NCBI RefSeq assembly: GCF_009914755.1
Contig: NC_060947.1
DNA length: 64,000 nt
Direction: 5' to 3' (one strand)
Source: the human T2T-CHM13v2.0 reference genome, Homo sapiens
The notes under the pieces were generated by a model, which worked only from the letters and a program-made list of their open reading frames with translations, ran no database searches and was not told the origin of the DNA. The translations under genes were made by a program, and so were the position numbers. Below, piece by piece: positions 1 through 16,476 of this stretch (its first letter is position 1; the number at the start of each line of letters is the position of its first letter).

Positions 1-847
1 TCAATAGCTGCTGAAGAAGCATTTGATAGAATACAAGTTCCCTATATGATAAAAACCCTTAACAAACTGGGTATAAAAGGATCATACCTCAAATTAATAC
101 AGGCCATATATGACAAACCCACAGCTAACATAATACTGAATGGGAAAAATTGAAAGCTGATCCTCTAAGATCTGGAACAAGATGAGGAGGCCCACTTTCA
201 CCAATTTTATGCAACATAATACTAGAAATCCTGGCCAAAGCAATCAGATAAGGGAAATAAATAAAGGGGATCCAAATTGGAAAGGAAGAAGCCAAGTTAT
301 CCTTGGTTGCAGATGACCTGATATTTAGGAAACCCTAAGAACTCCACCAAAAAACTGTTAGAACTAATAAATGAATTTAGTAAAGCTGCAAGATACAAAA
401 TCAACCTACGAAAATCAGTAGAATTTATGCACACCAACAACAAACAATCTTAAGAAATAAATCAAGGAAGTAATTCCATTTCAAATAGTTACAAAGTATA
501 TAAAATACCTAGGAATTAATTTAAGAAGTGAAAGATCTATAGAAGGATAACTATAAAACATTGATGAAAAAGGTTAAAGAGGATATAAAGGAAAAATGGA
601 AAAATATTTCATGTGCATGGATTGGAAGAAGAATCAATATTGTTAAAATGTCCATTCTACCCAAAGCAATCTACAGATTCAATGCAATCCCTATCAAAAT
701 ACCAATGGCATTCTTCACAGAAATGGAAAAAATAATTCTTAAATGTATGTGGAACAAAAAAAGACCCCAAATAGTCAAAGCAATCCTGAACAAAAAGAAC
801 AAAACTGGAGGCACCACACTACCTAATTTCAAAATATACTACAAAGT

Positions 848-1146
848 GGTCAGGCACTGTGGCTCATGCCTGTAATCCCAGCATTTTGGGAGACTCAGGT
901 GGGCAGATCACTTGAGGCCGGGAGTTTGAGACCAGCATGGCCAACATGGCAAGACCCTGTCTCTACTAAAAAACAAAAATTAGACAGGCATTGTGTACGC
1001 CTGTAATCCTAGCTACTCAGGAGCCTGAGGCAAGAGAATTGCTTGAACCTGTGAGGTGGAGATTTCAGTGAGCTGAGATTGTGCCACTACACTCCAGCCC
1101 AGGCAACCAAGGAAGTCCCTGCCAAAAAAAAAAAAAAAAAAAAAAA
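848..1146 (+). mobile_element. Alu (AluS-like)
   Basis: Dimeric Alu with A tail; ACTACAAAG on both sides. Confidence 0.92.
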
Positions 1147-1156
1147 CACTACAAAG

Positions 1157-1466
<310 letters not shown>

Positions 1467-2849
1467 CACTACAAAGCAATGTTAAGTAAATCAGCATGGT
1501 GCATGGTGTTGGGATAAAAACACACATAGACCAATGAAGACAATAAAGAAACCAGGTCTAAGTCTACACATTTACAGTCAACTCATTTTTGACAAAGGTG
1601 CCAAGAACATACAATGTAGAAAGAACAGTCTCTTCAGCTGACGGTGCTGTGAAAACTGGACAACCATATACAGAAGAATGAAACTAGACCCATATCTCTC
1701 TCCGTATACAAAAGTCAAATCAAAATGGATTGAAGACTTAAATCTAAAGCCTGAAATTATGAATTGACTAGAAGAAAATTTGGGGGAAATGCTCCAGGAC
1801 AAGACGTTGAAAGCACAGGCAACCAAAGCAAAAATAGACAATTGGGATTACATAAAGGTAAAAAGCTTCTGCACAGCAAAGAAAACAACCAACAAAGTGA
1901 AGAGACAACCCATAGAATGGGAGAAAATATTTGCAAACTATCCATCTGACAAAGGATTTATAACCAGAATATATAAGGAGCTCAAACAACTTAATAGCAA
2001 AAAAGAAAAAAAAAGAAAAGAAAAAAGAAAAGAAAAAAGAAAAAGCCAAGTAATCTGATTCTAGAATGGGCAAAATATCTGAATAGATGTTTCTCACAAG
2101 AAGACATACAAATGGCCAACAGGTATATGAAAAATGCTCAACATCACCAATCTTCAGGGAAATGAAAATCAAACCATTGTGAGATACCGTGTAATCCTTG
2201 TTAAAATAAGACCGTGAATAATGGATGCTACCAAGCACATGAAAGGGGAATGCTTGCACACTGTTGGTGGAAATGTAAATTAGTACAGTCACTATGGAAA
2301 ATAGTGCAGAAGTTCCAATAGAAACTAAAAATAGAACTACCATAGGATCCATCAATTCCACTACTGGGTACACATCCAAAAGAAAGGAAATCAGTGTATC
2401 AAAGAGATATTTGTACTCCTATGATGTTTACTGAAGCACTATTTATAAGAGCCAAAATATTAGAACCAACTTAAATGTTCCTCAGTGGACTAATGAATAA
2501 AGAAAATGTGGTATATGTACACGATGGAATATTATTCATCTATAAAAACGTTAAAATCCTGTCATTTGCAGCAACATGGATGGAACTGGAGGTTATTACG
2601 TTAAGGAAATAAGCCAAGCACACAAAGACAAATATTGCATATTCTTACTCATATGTAGGAGCTACAAAAGTGGATCTCACAAAGATAGAGAGTAGATTGG
2701 TTGTTACCAGAGGCCAGGAAGATTAGGGAGGAGAGGAGAATAAAGAGAAGTTGATTAATGGGTGTAAGTATACAATTCGATAGGAGAAATAAGACCTTGT
2801 GTTTGATAGATCAGTAGGTTGCCCATAGTTAACAATAATCTATTGTACA

Positions 2850-3146
2850 TTTTTTTTTTTTGAGATGGAGTCTGGCTCTGTCGCCTAGGCTGGAGTGCAG
2901 TGGTGTGATCTCAGCTCACTGCAAGCTCTGCTTCTGGGGTTCACGCCACTCTCCTGCCTGCCTCAGCCTCCCGAGTAGCTGAGACTACAGGTGCCCACCG
3001 CCACGCCCGGCTAATTTTTTGTATTTTTAGTAGAGATGGGGTTTCACCCTGTTAACCAGGATGGTCTCGATCTCCTGACCTCGTGATCCGCCCGCCTCGG
3101 CCTCTCAAAGTGCTGGGATTACAGGCGCGAGCCACCGCGCCCAGCC
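2850..3146 (-). mobile_element. AluY
   Basis: Reverse Alu; TSD TGTACATTT on both sides. Confidence 0.93.
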
Positions 3147-3459
3147 TGTACATTTCGATATAGCTAGAAGAGAATAATTTGAATGTTCCTAGCCTAAATA
3201 AAAGATAAATATTTAAAGTGATAGATATCCCAATTAACCTGATTTAATCTTTACACATTATGAATGTATAAAAATATCACATGTACCCCTTAAATATGTA
3301 CATCTATTATAAAAATATTTTTAAAACCACAGTGCAATTTTGAGTTCCTAGATTCTTTGTGTTAATAATTTCAAGTAAAATAAGTATGGTTTCCTCATAG
3401 TGATACATCCAAAATTTAAAAAAAAGAAACAAGAAACTGGAATTTTGAAATCTTAAAAA

Positions 3460-4835
<1,376 letters not shown>

Positions 4836-5092
4836 AAGCATACATATTTAAAAACTAGAGTTATTCCTTTGCAAATAGAAAGAAACATTGCTCTGCTGCT
4901 GGAGTCTTTGTCAATGTTGCTGTTAACTTTATTTCATAGAGAATATTAACTGTGGCTGTCTCCTGCAGATTTCCAGGGATACTGCATCTCAAATAAATGA
5001 CCACAATCAAAGAGTTCGGCAACTAATTTGAAAGGAGTGACACTTGGAAAATGGCAGAGCCTTTGTTACTACTGAAACAATAAAGAAACATA

Positions 5093-5478
<386 letters not shown>

Positions 5479-5977
5479 TTATGGGCTTCACATACAGGCA
5501 AGCTCTGACCCACAGCAGTTTTCATTTAAGAATCACCCTGACAATCATACCCAACTTATTATTCATGATACTCATGACAGGTAGAGCCATAGATGCCACC
5601 CATCCAATTTGAAGGAAATGGATCCCAATTTGAATAGAGCAGAAAGAATTATACTGTAATCTTTAATTTTCATTATGTAAGCTACAGGAAAATTTATAAT
5701 GAGCAAAAGTGGTAATATAACAGACATCTCTGGATCATTTCCTCAAAAAGCTAAAATATAGCCCCAAGACTCAAAAGTCTTTAAAAAGATGCCTGTTAAA
5801 TCTCCTCAGAAGACTACATGGATCTATACACTGTGTATTTATGCGTTTTCTATATATTTGTGCATTAATTAAACCTTTTATTTTCAAAAATGACATCAGA
5901 GAAGCCTATTTAAATCCCTTGATTTCATAAAGGTGTTTCTTTACCTTATAATTTGCTGTGCTAATACAAGGCCATGA

Positions 5978-6713
<736 letters not shown>

Positions 6714-7184
6714 ATACAAGCACATTTATACTAAATGAAATGTTATATTTTGGGCTAGGAATAAAAATTCCACTTGATTCCTAAAAGAAATTAACTTAAA
6801 TACACACATGTAATTTCAACTTACAGCACCTTTCCTAGGAATCTAAGTTGTTAAAAATGTAAGAACTGTTTGTCTATGACAGTTATGCACAGAAAATGGG
6901 AGCAACTGAAGTTAACATAGAATCAACCTAACAAATAACACAGCATGAGAACTTGCATTAGATACTAGAATGGGTTACAAAGGAGGATTGTGGAGTCTCC
7001 TTCAATGAACTTAAAAAAAACCCCTCAGCTATCTAAGATGGCATAGTGGTCTTGCTAAAGCTAAAGGCACCTTACAGTTTATGATTTTATGATTATGTAA
7101 GAAGCAGTTGAATGCTTCAGATCACTAAATGGCATGCAATCACAGCACTGTGTCTCATATGTACTTGTCCAAAGGAGAGACCTA

Positions 7185-7380
7185 GCATTGTAGTGGAAAA
7201 AAACTAGGATTTGGAATCAAGATACCTTGACATGTGAGATTAACATCTCTCAATTTTAGTTTCTTAATTATAAAATAGGGATGCTATTAATAACACTGCC
7301 TATCTAACCTGAAAGTTGTGAGGGTCAAAGGATATGAAGAAAAAATATAGGAAAGCACTTTGTAAACTATAAAATAACAT
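7185..7380. mobile_element. MIR fragment
   Basis: Degenerate MIR core (TTTCTTAATTATAAAATAGGGATG ... AAAGCACTTTGTAAACTATAAA). Confidence 0.6.
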
Positions 7381-8726
7381 ACTAATTTTTAATGATTGAA
7401 TATTTTTGAAAAGGTCTGGAATTGGAGACTGCTTCAAAATATAACCTCTTTATGATGTGATGCTATATCTACATTTAAAGTATTCCACTTGCCAACACAA
7501 AGCTCAGCTATGAATAGCTTTTTTCATTGTGAATTATTTCAAACCAGGTAAAGACCTGATAATTATTTGGCTTCTATTAGAGTTTGGGTTTAATACCAAA
7601 ATAAGAGTTGTTATAACTTGTGACTGCTGTAAGTAAAAGTCAGTTCAGAAAGACTGAAGACTGAAGGAAGACAGGTCAAAATATAGTCAATTTTCCAATA
7701 GTCAGCAGGAGGAAGTAAGGGAGTTGCCCTTGTAAGTTCTTTGGGATGGACAATAACTGTTTTCTTTTTTATCTATGGATTTGTGGCTGTTTTGTATTCC
7801 TTGGGCCTAGTAACATGCTTTTCCCTAAAACTAGATTTCCTGGTAATCAGGGCCTGGATAATCCAACTGGGTAAAAAATTAGAAAGGCTTGTTCTCTACC
7901 GCTGCTCCCACTTCAATACTTTTCCATGTCTTCATTTAGCCTCCTTCACCCCAGGTACAGTTTGTGATAGCTACTACAAGTTCCTACTCAAAATTGCTGC
8001 CAGCTACTGCATTATTGGGAACAGTAGCCAAAACTACTTTCTAATGGTTGGTATTAGCAACATAAGTAAATGTTGGAGACACAAAAGTAGGCACAGCAAC
8101 AGGTGGAGACAAGGAATAGGGCTGGCAATGGGGATACATTATATGAGAACTCAACTTTTAGCTCTTTACAAAATGCCTTAGGATGACCCAGTGACCTGGT
8201 AGGAGAAAGTTGAAGCTTATTTTCCTTTGCCCCTCTTCCTTTTAGAAAAGTAGACTACATGCATGTGTAGGCTTGCCCCATTACTATCTTTTAGTTTTTA
8301 GTGTATTGAAACCATTCTAAAAAGAGAGTGAGTATAGGATTTTAAAGAAAATTTAACCAATGTGAATGAAAGAGGATGGAGAAAGGTGCAATGTTGCCCA
8401 TTGATTAAATTGAACTCCACATTCAAGCAAAGTACTACAAGTGACTACCCAGCAGGATTGTTTAGAAATCCATATATATCCAGATGTATATCTGACTGGT
8501 AATATAAATCACAGAATCACAAAGCTGGTAAGGAGCCTCCCAAGCTGCAATCTAATCTTATCTAAACTACCCATGGTTACTAAACAAATATGGCCATACT
8601 TGCTCTCCACCATCCAGAGGACACTTATGAGGTTGACATGCTTATAAAATCTTTCTGGACACTATTTACTCACCACATTACATTGGTTGTATTAATGTGG
8701 ACTTCATAGTCTTTGACCCCACTTAC

Positions 8727-8830
8727 CTTGGTTGTCATCCTCGTTGTCTTCCCAGGTTTCTTCATTTGCTAGCAGTGGGTTCTGTGACTCATTCATAGAC
8801 CTCATAGGGAAGGAGTGTCCATCACCAGGG
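8727..8830 (-). CDS. ZDHHC15: ZDHHC15 coding exon (approx. exon 10), 104 nt: (S)PGDGHSFPMRSMNESQNPLLANEETWEDNEDDNQ
   Basis: Pyrimidine tract and AG acceptor at 8831-32, GTAAGT donor, phase 2 to 1, in frame with the previous exon. Confidence 0.96.
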
Positions 8831-10201
8831 CTGATGGGAAAAGAAAGGCAGTGACCTATTGCAGCTGACATAGACTTTTGTGAAGGTTATAATCCTCTTA
8901 AAAACAAGAGGGGGGTTCTTAGCCATATTTAGTCTCATTGTCTAAAGCCATGGTGGAATGGGCTCTTACAATAGCATTATTTAGTTGCTATATTGCTCTC
9001 GATTTCCATATCTTATTTGTGTGTCTGCATCAGTGTTAACTTCTTGTTTGTAAGAACTCTATAGTTTGCTTCCCAAAATGCCCAGTATGGCAATATGCAC
9101 ACACAGCAAGCTTCATACATATCACTTAATGATGATGATACCAATTTATATCCAATTATCTCACTGCTTTGATTCTAAGTTTTCAAGAAAGATGACCAGT
9201 CTCTGAAACACTAAATACAGTGGAGATAAGCTGGTGTGAATTGGTGAAAGACGATGCGCAAATGCACTGTTATTTATTTGGTGTGCATGGCAGAAAGGTT
9301 ATTAGGAACTAGGGGAAAGAGCCAGAGTGAGCCATCTCTAGACTGCAGATTTTCAGGGCAATTATCCACATGTGGGGTCTCGCTTTGTGGCTACCTGTGG
9401 TAAGCTAGGGTCAACTCCTTGGGTAATTTCTGGCCACTAACAGATGGGATGCATTGGAGGGAACTGAGCTGGCCCTGGCTAGAAGAGGCTACAGTTTGAA
9501 CATTTCAGTTTAGGTATCTGAATGCATTCCACATTTGAGTCTGAATGACTTTTGATGTTACCTATGCCTTTTCTCCTGTTCATGTATGTGGTAAATTGAA
9601 ATTTGACAGATTTTATTGATAGCACTCTAAAGAGAATGTAAGTGTACTGATTATAAATGAATGGGCTTTGATTTTTGGTTTTGTTCTTTATTCCAGAGAA
9701 GACTGATTTTACATCTCCCTTTGATGTGGTGATGATGTGTGGATATTTGTGTATGTGAGTATGTGAATAGGGTATAGGTAATATCTGGTAACAGTTATTA
9801 ATCAATATTACCCACTGACATAGTTTTGCCTTGTGATTTATAGACAGGTTAGTTGGATACACCACATCTCTGAAATACATGAGTCTTTAAAATACTAACT
9901 GCTACACAGGAAGTATCAAGGCAATCAATCAAGGAGAAATTTTTCCATAATTACCACCCTACCCCCAACAAAGTTACCTCAACTAAGTGAACATGAGTGT
10001 ATTCCTGTCTAAGGAGGGGACTGAAAAGTGGCTGCAAGAAGGCTATAAGCAAGCTCTGCTCTAGAACTAGTTTAGTTGATGGTGGTTCAATCTGGTTCAC
10101 AAAGTCATTCAGAGAACACAAGCTTGACTGTTTATTTCTCATCCACTACTTTCCCTGCATAATTGTTGCAGTTCTAAGAATGACCTACAACCGCAAATTA
10201 A

Positions 10202-12598
10202 ACTATACTACAAGGCTACAGTAACAAAAATAGCATGGTACTGATATGAAGACAGATATATAGGCCAATGGAACAGAACAGAGGCCTCAGAAATAACGTC
10301 ACAAATCTACAACCATCTGACCTTTGACAAAAACAAGCAATGGGGAAAGGATTCCCTATTTAACAAATGGTGTTGGGAAAACTGGCTAGCCATATGCAGA
10401 AAGCTGAAACTGGATACCTTCCTTACACGTTATACAAAAATTAACTCAAGATGGATTAAAGATTTAAATGTAAGACATAAAACCATAAAAACCTTAGAAG
10501 AAAACCTAGGCAATACCATTCAGGACATAGACATGGGCAAAGACTTCATGAACAAAACATCAAAAGCAATGGCAACAAAAGCCAAAATTGGCAAATGGGA
10601 TTTGATTATACTAAAGAGTTTCTACACAGCAAAAGAAACTCTCATTAGAGTGAAGAGGCAACCTATAGAATGGGAGAAAATTTTTGCAATCTATCCATCT
10701 GACAAAGGGCTAATATCCAGAATCTACAAATAACTTAAACATATTTACAAGAGAAAAACAAACAACCCCATCAAAAGAAACTACCATCAGAGTGAACAGA
10801 CAATCTACAGAATGGGAGAGAATTTTTGCAATCTACTCATCTGACAAAGGGCTAATATCCAGAATCTACAATGAACTCAAACAAATTTACAAGAAAAAAA
10901 CAAACAACCCCATCAAAAAGTGGGCGAAGGATATGAACAGACACTTCTCAAAAGAAGACATTTATACAGCCAAAAGACACATGAAAAAATGGTCATCATC
11001 ACTGGCCATCAGAGAAATGCAAATCAAAACCACAATGAGTACCATCTCACACCAGTTAGAATGGCGATCATGAAAAAGTCAGGAAACAACAGGTGCTGGA
11101 GAGGATGTGGAGAAATAGGAACACTTTTATACTGTTGGTGGGACTGTAAACTAGTTCAACCATTGTGGAAGTCAGTGTGGCAATTCCTCAGGGATCTAGA
11201 ACTAGAAATACCATTTGACCCAGCCATCCCATTACTGGGTATGTACCCAAGGGATTATAAAACATGCTGCTATAAAGACACATGCACACGTATGTTTACT
11301 GCGGCACTATTCACAATAGCAAAGACTTGGAACCAAGCCAAATGTACAACAATGATAGACTGGATTAAGAAAATGTGACACATATACACCATGGAATACT
11401 ATGCAGCCATAAAAAATGATGAGTTCATGTCCTTTGTAGGGACATGGATGAAGCTGGAAACCATCATTCTCGGCAAACTATCACAAGGACAAAAAACCAA
11501 ATACCGCATGTTCTCACTTATAGGTGGGAATTGAACAATGAGAACACATGGACACAGGAAGGGGAACATCACACACTGGGGTCTGTTGTGGGGTGGGGGG
11601 AGGGGGGAGGGATAGCATTAGGAGATATACCTAATGCTAAATGATGAGTTAATGGGTGCAGCACACCAACATGGCACATGTATACATATGTAACAAACCT
11701 GCACGTTGTGCCCATGTACCTTAAAGCTTAAAGTATAATAAAAAAAAGAAAAAACCAAACAACCCCATCAAAAAGTGGGCAAAGGATATGAACAGACACT
11801 TCCCAAAATAAGACATTTATGTGGCCAACAAACATATTAAAAAAAGCCCATTATCACCGGTCATTAGAGAAATGCAAATCAAAACCACAATGAGACACCA
11901 TCTCATGCCAGTTAGAATGGCAATCATTAAAAAGTCAGGAAACAACAGATGCTGGTGAGGATGTGGAGAAATGGGAACGCTTTTATACTGTTGGTGGGAG
12001 TGTAAATTAGTTCAACCACTGTGGAAGACTGTGTGGCAATTCCTCGAGGATCTAGAACTAGAAATACCATTTGACCCAGCCATCCCATTACTGGGTATAT
12101 ACCCATCGGATTATAAATCATTCTACTATAAAGACACATGCACACGTATGTTTATTACAGCACTGTTCACAATAGCAAAGACTTGGAACCAACCCAAATG
12201 CCCATCAATGATAGACTGGATAAAGAAAATGTGGCACATATACACCATGGAATACTATGCAACCATCAAAAAAATGAGTTCATGTCCTTTACAGGGACAT
12301 GGATGAAGCTAGAAACCATCATTCTCAGCAAACTAATACAAGAACAGAAAACCAAACACCGCATGTTCTCACTCATAAGTGGGAGTTGATCAATGAGAAC
12401 ACATGGACATAGGGAGGGGAACATCACACACCAGGGACTGTCCTGGGGTGGGGAGCTAGGGGAGGGATAGCATTAGGAGAAATACCTAATGTAGATGATG
12501 GGTTGATATGCAGCAAACCATCATGGCACGTGCATACCTATGTAACAAACCTGCATGTTCTGCACATGTACCCCAGAACTTAAAGTATAATAAAAAAA
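10202..12598 (+). mobile_element. 5'-truncated L1PA (older, approx. L1PA7-8) hosting a nested L1
   Basis: ORF2 3' part, 3'UTR and A tail; 26-bp TSD at 10176-10201 and 12597-12622. Confidence 0.92.
10777..11749 (+). mobile_element. Nested 5'-truncated younger L1PA (approx. L1PA3)
   Basis: Own 3'UTR and A tail; TSD (A)AAAAC(C)AAACAACCCCATCAAAA. Confidence 0.9.
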
Positions 12599-12729
12599 GA
12601 ATTACCTACAACCTCAAATTAATCTTTGTTCTTGCTTTTCATATTTTTATTCATAAAATAATATTAGTATTAACCACAAAATATATAAAATGGAGAAAAT
12701 ATAAATAATTTCTAAGACTATTGCCCTTA

Positions 12730-12951
12730 CCATTTTTAACATTTTTTGGTGTATTTCTCTTCTGCTGCTTCTCTTCTATATATATTTATGTTTTTAATCA
12801 CAGTGTATTGAATTTTTCGTTTTTCACTTAAAATATAGTACCATTTTTACCATTTTTTGGTATATTTCTCTTCTGCTGTTTTTCTTCTATATATACTTAT
12901 GTTTTTAATCACAGTGTATTGGATTTTTCTTTTTTCACTTAAAATATAGTA
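12730..12951. repeat. Tandem duplication, 2 x 111 bp, a few mismatches
   Basis: CCATTTTTA...CACTTAAAATATAGTA at 12730-12840 and 12841-12951. Confidence 0.93.
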
Positions 12952-13026
12952 AGCACTTTCCCTTTTTGTGACATAGTCTTTATAACCATTACTTTTGATT
13001 GTATAATATTCCATCCAGTATGTGTG

Positions 13027-13146
13027 TATATATATATATTATATATATATAATATATATAATATATATATAATATATATTATATAATATATATTATATAT
13101 AATATATATATATAATATATATATAATATATATTATATATATATAT
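13027..13146. repeat. Interrupted (TA)n tract inside an old minus-strand L1M remnant
   Basis: About 120 bp of A/T only. Confidence 0.95.
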
Positions 13147-13555
13147 TCCCATATTGTTGGCTGTTTAGGTTGTTTCCTAATTATTGGCTATAAATAATGC
13201 TGTGATGAACATTTTTGTGCATAGTTTGTCTCTGTCTTTAGGGTAGATTCAATTCCCAGAAATGGAATTACTGGGATGTTGGGCAAGTAGATTCTTAAAT
13301 TTTTTGATAGATATTACCAAATTCAGTTATAAAAGATTGGTAGTGCCACTGCACACTGCCACAAAGAAAGCATGAGAATATCTATTTTATCAGACCCTCA
13401 CCTCTTTATTTGCCTTTATTAACCTAGAAATGAAGAACTTGGGGAATAGAGTTTCACACTGGACTGATACCTGCTGCATACTACAATCAAAATTGAATTT
13501 GCTGGTTCAAGGCAGGGTCCAGTACTAACTTCTTCCAGTGGTAATATTTACTCAC

Positions 13556-13682
13556 CTGGAACCAATAGGTATTAACCAGAACTTCTTCTTATCTCCAAAC
13601 ACCTGCTGGATATTCTTGATGAAGCCAAGGTTGAACCCATTTTTCTCTGGGCCACTTGTAAACACTGGAGTGCAGAAGGCCT
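13556..13682 (-). CDS. ZDHHC15: ZDHHC15 coding exon (approx. exon 9), 127 nt: (E)AFCTPVFTSGPEKNGFNLGFIKNIQQVFGDKKKFWLIPIGS; PaCCT motif
   Basis: TTAG acceptor, GTGAGT donor; FNLGxxxNxxQVFG motif of DHHC enzymes. Confidence 0.97.
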
Positions 13683-14488
13683 CTAAGGCAGGGCAGGAGA
13701 GTTGAAGAAAAGAGGAAGAAAGCAATAAAGAAACAAATTTCAGCATAGTCATGATTTTACATTTCTCCATGTATGTGACTTGGTTCTATTATATCTTTTT
13801 GCTGTGGTAGCACAGACCTCTCATTTTTAGGTATTGCTAAATTGCTTAGTAAAAACCAGTTTAATCACTTCACACAAACTAAACTTGTTACTGCATATAA
13901 AGAATTAGAACTCTCTTTTTAAAAGACAGGGGAAACACATGGTGGCAGAAATAATTAAGCAGCCACGGGGGTAGTATGTATTTTGTACTGCTGAATTTAG
14001 AATATAGGAACAGATTTAACAGCACTTTATTTGAATCTAAGCGGCAACAACAGCCGAATGACCACCATCTTTAGAGCTGGGAAGAAAGTAATGACACATA
14101 AAGAGATGGTAATGACATTGATTTGGTTTTGAAACATTTCAAAAATGAAAGTGTTCATGCTGAAGCCTGCAGTGTAAGAAACTGAGTTTTACTTCAGCTA
14201 AAATGTCAATTGGTGAGCCATAATCACTTCAAAGACTGTAAGGAATGGGACCATGTTAGTGCACATTATTTTTAGACACACATTTATCCCATTAAGTAAA
14301 TGATTTCACTGTTGGACTCTAGCTGCATCTGACTGTTTCTCATTTGTTCTTTGTTTTCAGACTCTGTTATCATGAAGCTTTTAGTGGTTTTCCACTTCGT
14401 AGCTGGTCTCTAAGCCAAATGTGCTAATCTACCACCCTAGCAACTGGGGGCTACATACATATTTGGTTAAGAAAATGGGTGCAAATAC

Positions 14489-14713
14489 TTTTTTTTTAAA
14501 TTTATTATTATTATACTTTAAGTTTTAGGGTACATGTGCACAATGTGCAGGTTAGTTACATATGTATACATGTGCCATGCTGGTGTGCTGCACCCACTAA
14601 CTTGTCATCTAGCATTAGGTATATCTCCCAATGCTATCCCTCCCCCCTCCCCCCACCCCACAACAGGCCCCAGAGTGTGATGTTCCCCTTCCTGTGTCCA
14701 TGTGTTCTCATTT
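14489..14713 (-). mobile_element. Young L1PA2-like 3' fragment inserted in an Alu tail
   Basis: Near-consensus 3'UTR with the non-Ta GAG signature. Confidence 0.9.
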
Positions 14714-14719
14714 TAAAAA

Positions 14720-15491
14720 ATAGATACAGGGTCTTATTCTGTCACCCAGGCTGGAGTACAGTGGCACAATCTTAGTTTACCGCAGCCTTAAACTCCTGGC
14801 CAGGGTCAATCAATCTTCCTGTCTCAGCTTACTGAGGAGCTGCAGCCACAGGCACATGCCACCACACCCAGCTAATGATTATTATTTAAAAAATATTTTA
14901 ACTATTATTTTAGGTTCAGGGTAAATGTGCAAGTTTGTTATATAGGTAAATTTGTGACTTGAGGGTATGGTGTTTGTCACCCAGGTACTAAGCATAGTAC
15001 CCGAGTGAATTTTTTTTTCTGAACCCCTCCCTCCTCCCATACTCCTTCCTCAAGTAGGCCCCAGTGTCTGTTGTTCCATTCTTTGTGTTTACGTGTACTC
15101 AGTCTTTAGCTCCCACTTATAAGTGAGAACATGAAGTATTTGATTTTCTGTTCCTGAGTTAGTTCACTTAGGATAATGGCTTCAAGCTTCATTTGTGTTG
15201 CTGCAAAGGACAGGATCTCGTTCTTTGTTATGGCTGCGTAGCATTCCATGGTGTATATGTACCACATTTTCTTTATCTAGTTTGCCATTGATGGACCTTT
15301 AGGTTGATTCCACGGCTTTGCTATTGTGAATAGTCACCCAGCTAATTATTTTTATTTTTATTTGTAGAGATGGGGTTTTGTTATGTTGCTCAGGCTGGTC
15401 TCAAACTCCTCAGCTCAAGTGATTCTCCTGCCTTGGCCTTCCAAAGTGCTAGGAGTGCTAAGAATACAGGAGTGAGCCATCATGTACGGCC
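14720..15491 (-). mobile_element. AluJ-like, split by an L1
   Basis: Right arm 14720-14876, left arm 15351-15491; TSD AAT(GGG/AGA)TGCAAATACTTT at 14474 and 15492. Confidence 0.85.
14881..15334 (-). mobile_element. Older L1P 3' fragment in the Alu linker
   Basis: L1 3'UTR; TSD CACCCAGCTAAT(G/T)ATT at 14865 and 15335. Confidence 0.88.
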
Positions 15492-16343
15492 AATAGATGC
15501 AAATACTTTCTTAGCTGTTAGCATTATTAGCAAACAAATTCCCAATGTGTAGTAGCTTTTGCACTAAACTTTTCTCAAATCTATCCTAGCTAAACATTCA
15601 ACATTCAAAACTTGGACACTTTGTCCTCACTCCTCATGTACTGATTTGTACACAATGTAAATACTTATTTCACCATAGATGAAATAAAATGTACTGGAAT
15701 CCATCAGTAATATAGTTTTCCACATAATAGCCTATAGACTAACTGACAGAAAATATGTTCATTTATTTTACTCATTTTCTAGAGAATCATTTGTTCAATG
15801 TATTTATCTCATTCCCATAGTACCTAAACAGCCCCTTGATGATTGCAGATATTTACTGATTTTTTTTTTTGTTTCTCAAGACTTTTGGATTCTTGTTGTG
15901 GTTGGTTTGGATTTTTTCTCAGGGCTCTGTTTTTAGATGTGCATAATAAATTAGATTCTACTATCTTTATCAAACTTTACTTCTCCCTTCTGACATCCCC
16001 TTCTGTACTGATTCTTTCTTTAATTTCCTCATGTGAACACCTTTTAGAAATCTTCTGAGCTATTAACCTTGGGAGCTATTACCCAGTATGCACTATAAAG
16101 AACAATGGCCATTTTTGTTTCTGTGTGGGGTTTCATTAAAAAATATTCTCATAATTAGCCTATAAGCTTCACTCACTATGCCTTTCTATTTCGGTAAAAT
16201 GTATTTTCATCTGTCTCAGTCTGGGGGTAGAGGGATGTCACTGCAGCTAAAATGCTTCACTGGAAGTTTTAATTGGGAACAATTCACAGGTCCCTCTGAT
16301 ACACATTAATATGTTTTTTCCTAATCTTAATATTCAGTCTTAC

Positions 16344-16476
16344 CTAAGGTGGTTTTGTTTCTGCTGACAAGCCAACAATGGTAACCAAAGAGAATCACAA
16401 GGCTGACAAAAAACATGCAGGCCACAAAGAGAAGAAAAAGGACATGGAACTTAGAGCGAACACTGGGTAATTCCCC
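16344..16476 (-). CDS. ZDHHC15: ZDHHC15 coding exon (approx. exon 8), 133 nt: GELPSVRSKFHVLFLLFVACMFFVSLVILFGYHCWLVSRNKTTL; TM4 and start of TTxE
   Basis: TTTTCTAG acceptor, GTAAGA donor, phase 0 to 1. Confidence 0.97.

Noticed and set aside
1768-2379. 203-aa hydrophobic ORF
   Set aside because: Antisense frame of a decayed A-rich L1
7741-8181. 146-aa ORF in non-repeat DNA
   Set aside because: TTG start, no recognisable domain or splice context; consistent with chance
13683-13770. ORF-track N-terminal extension of the exon (likewise 21472..21732)
   Set aside because: Intronic read-through; splice sites and phase define shorter exons
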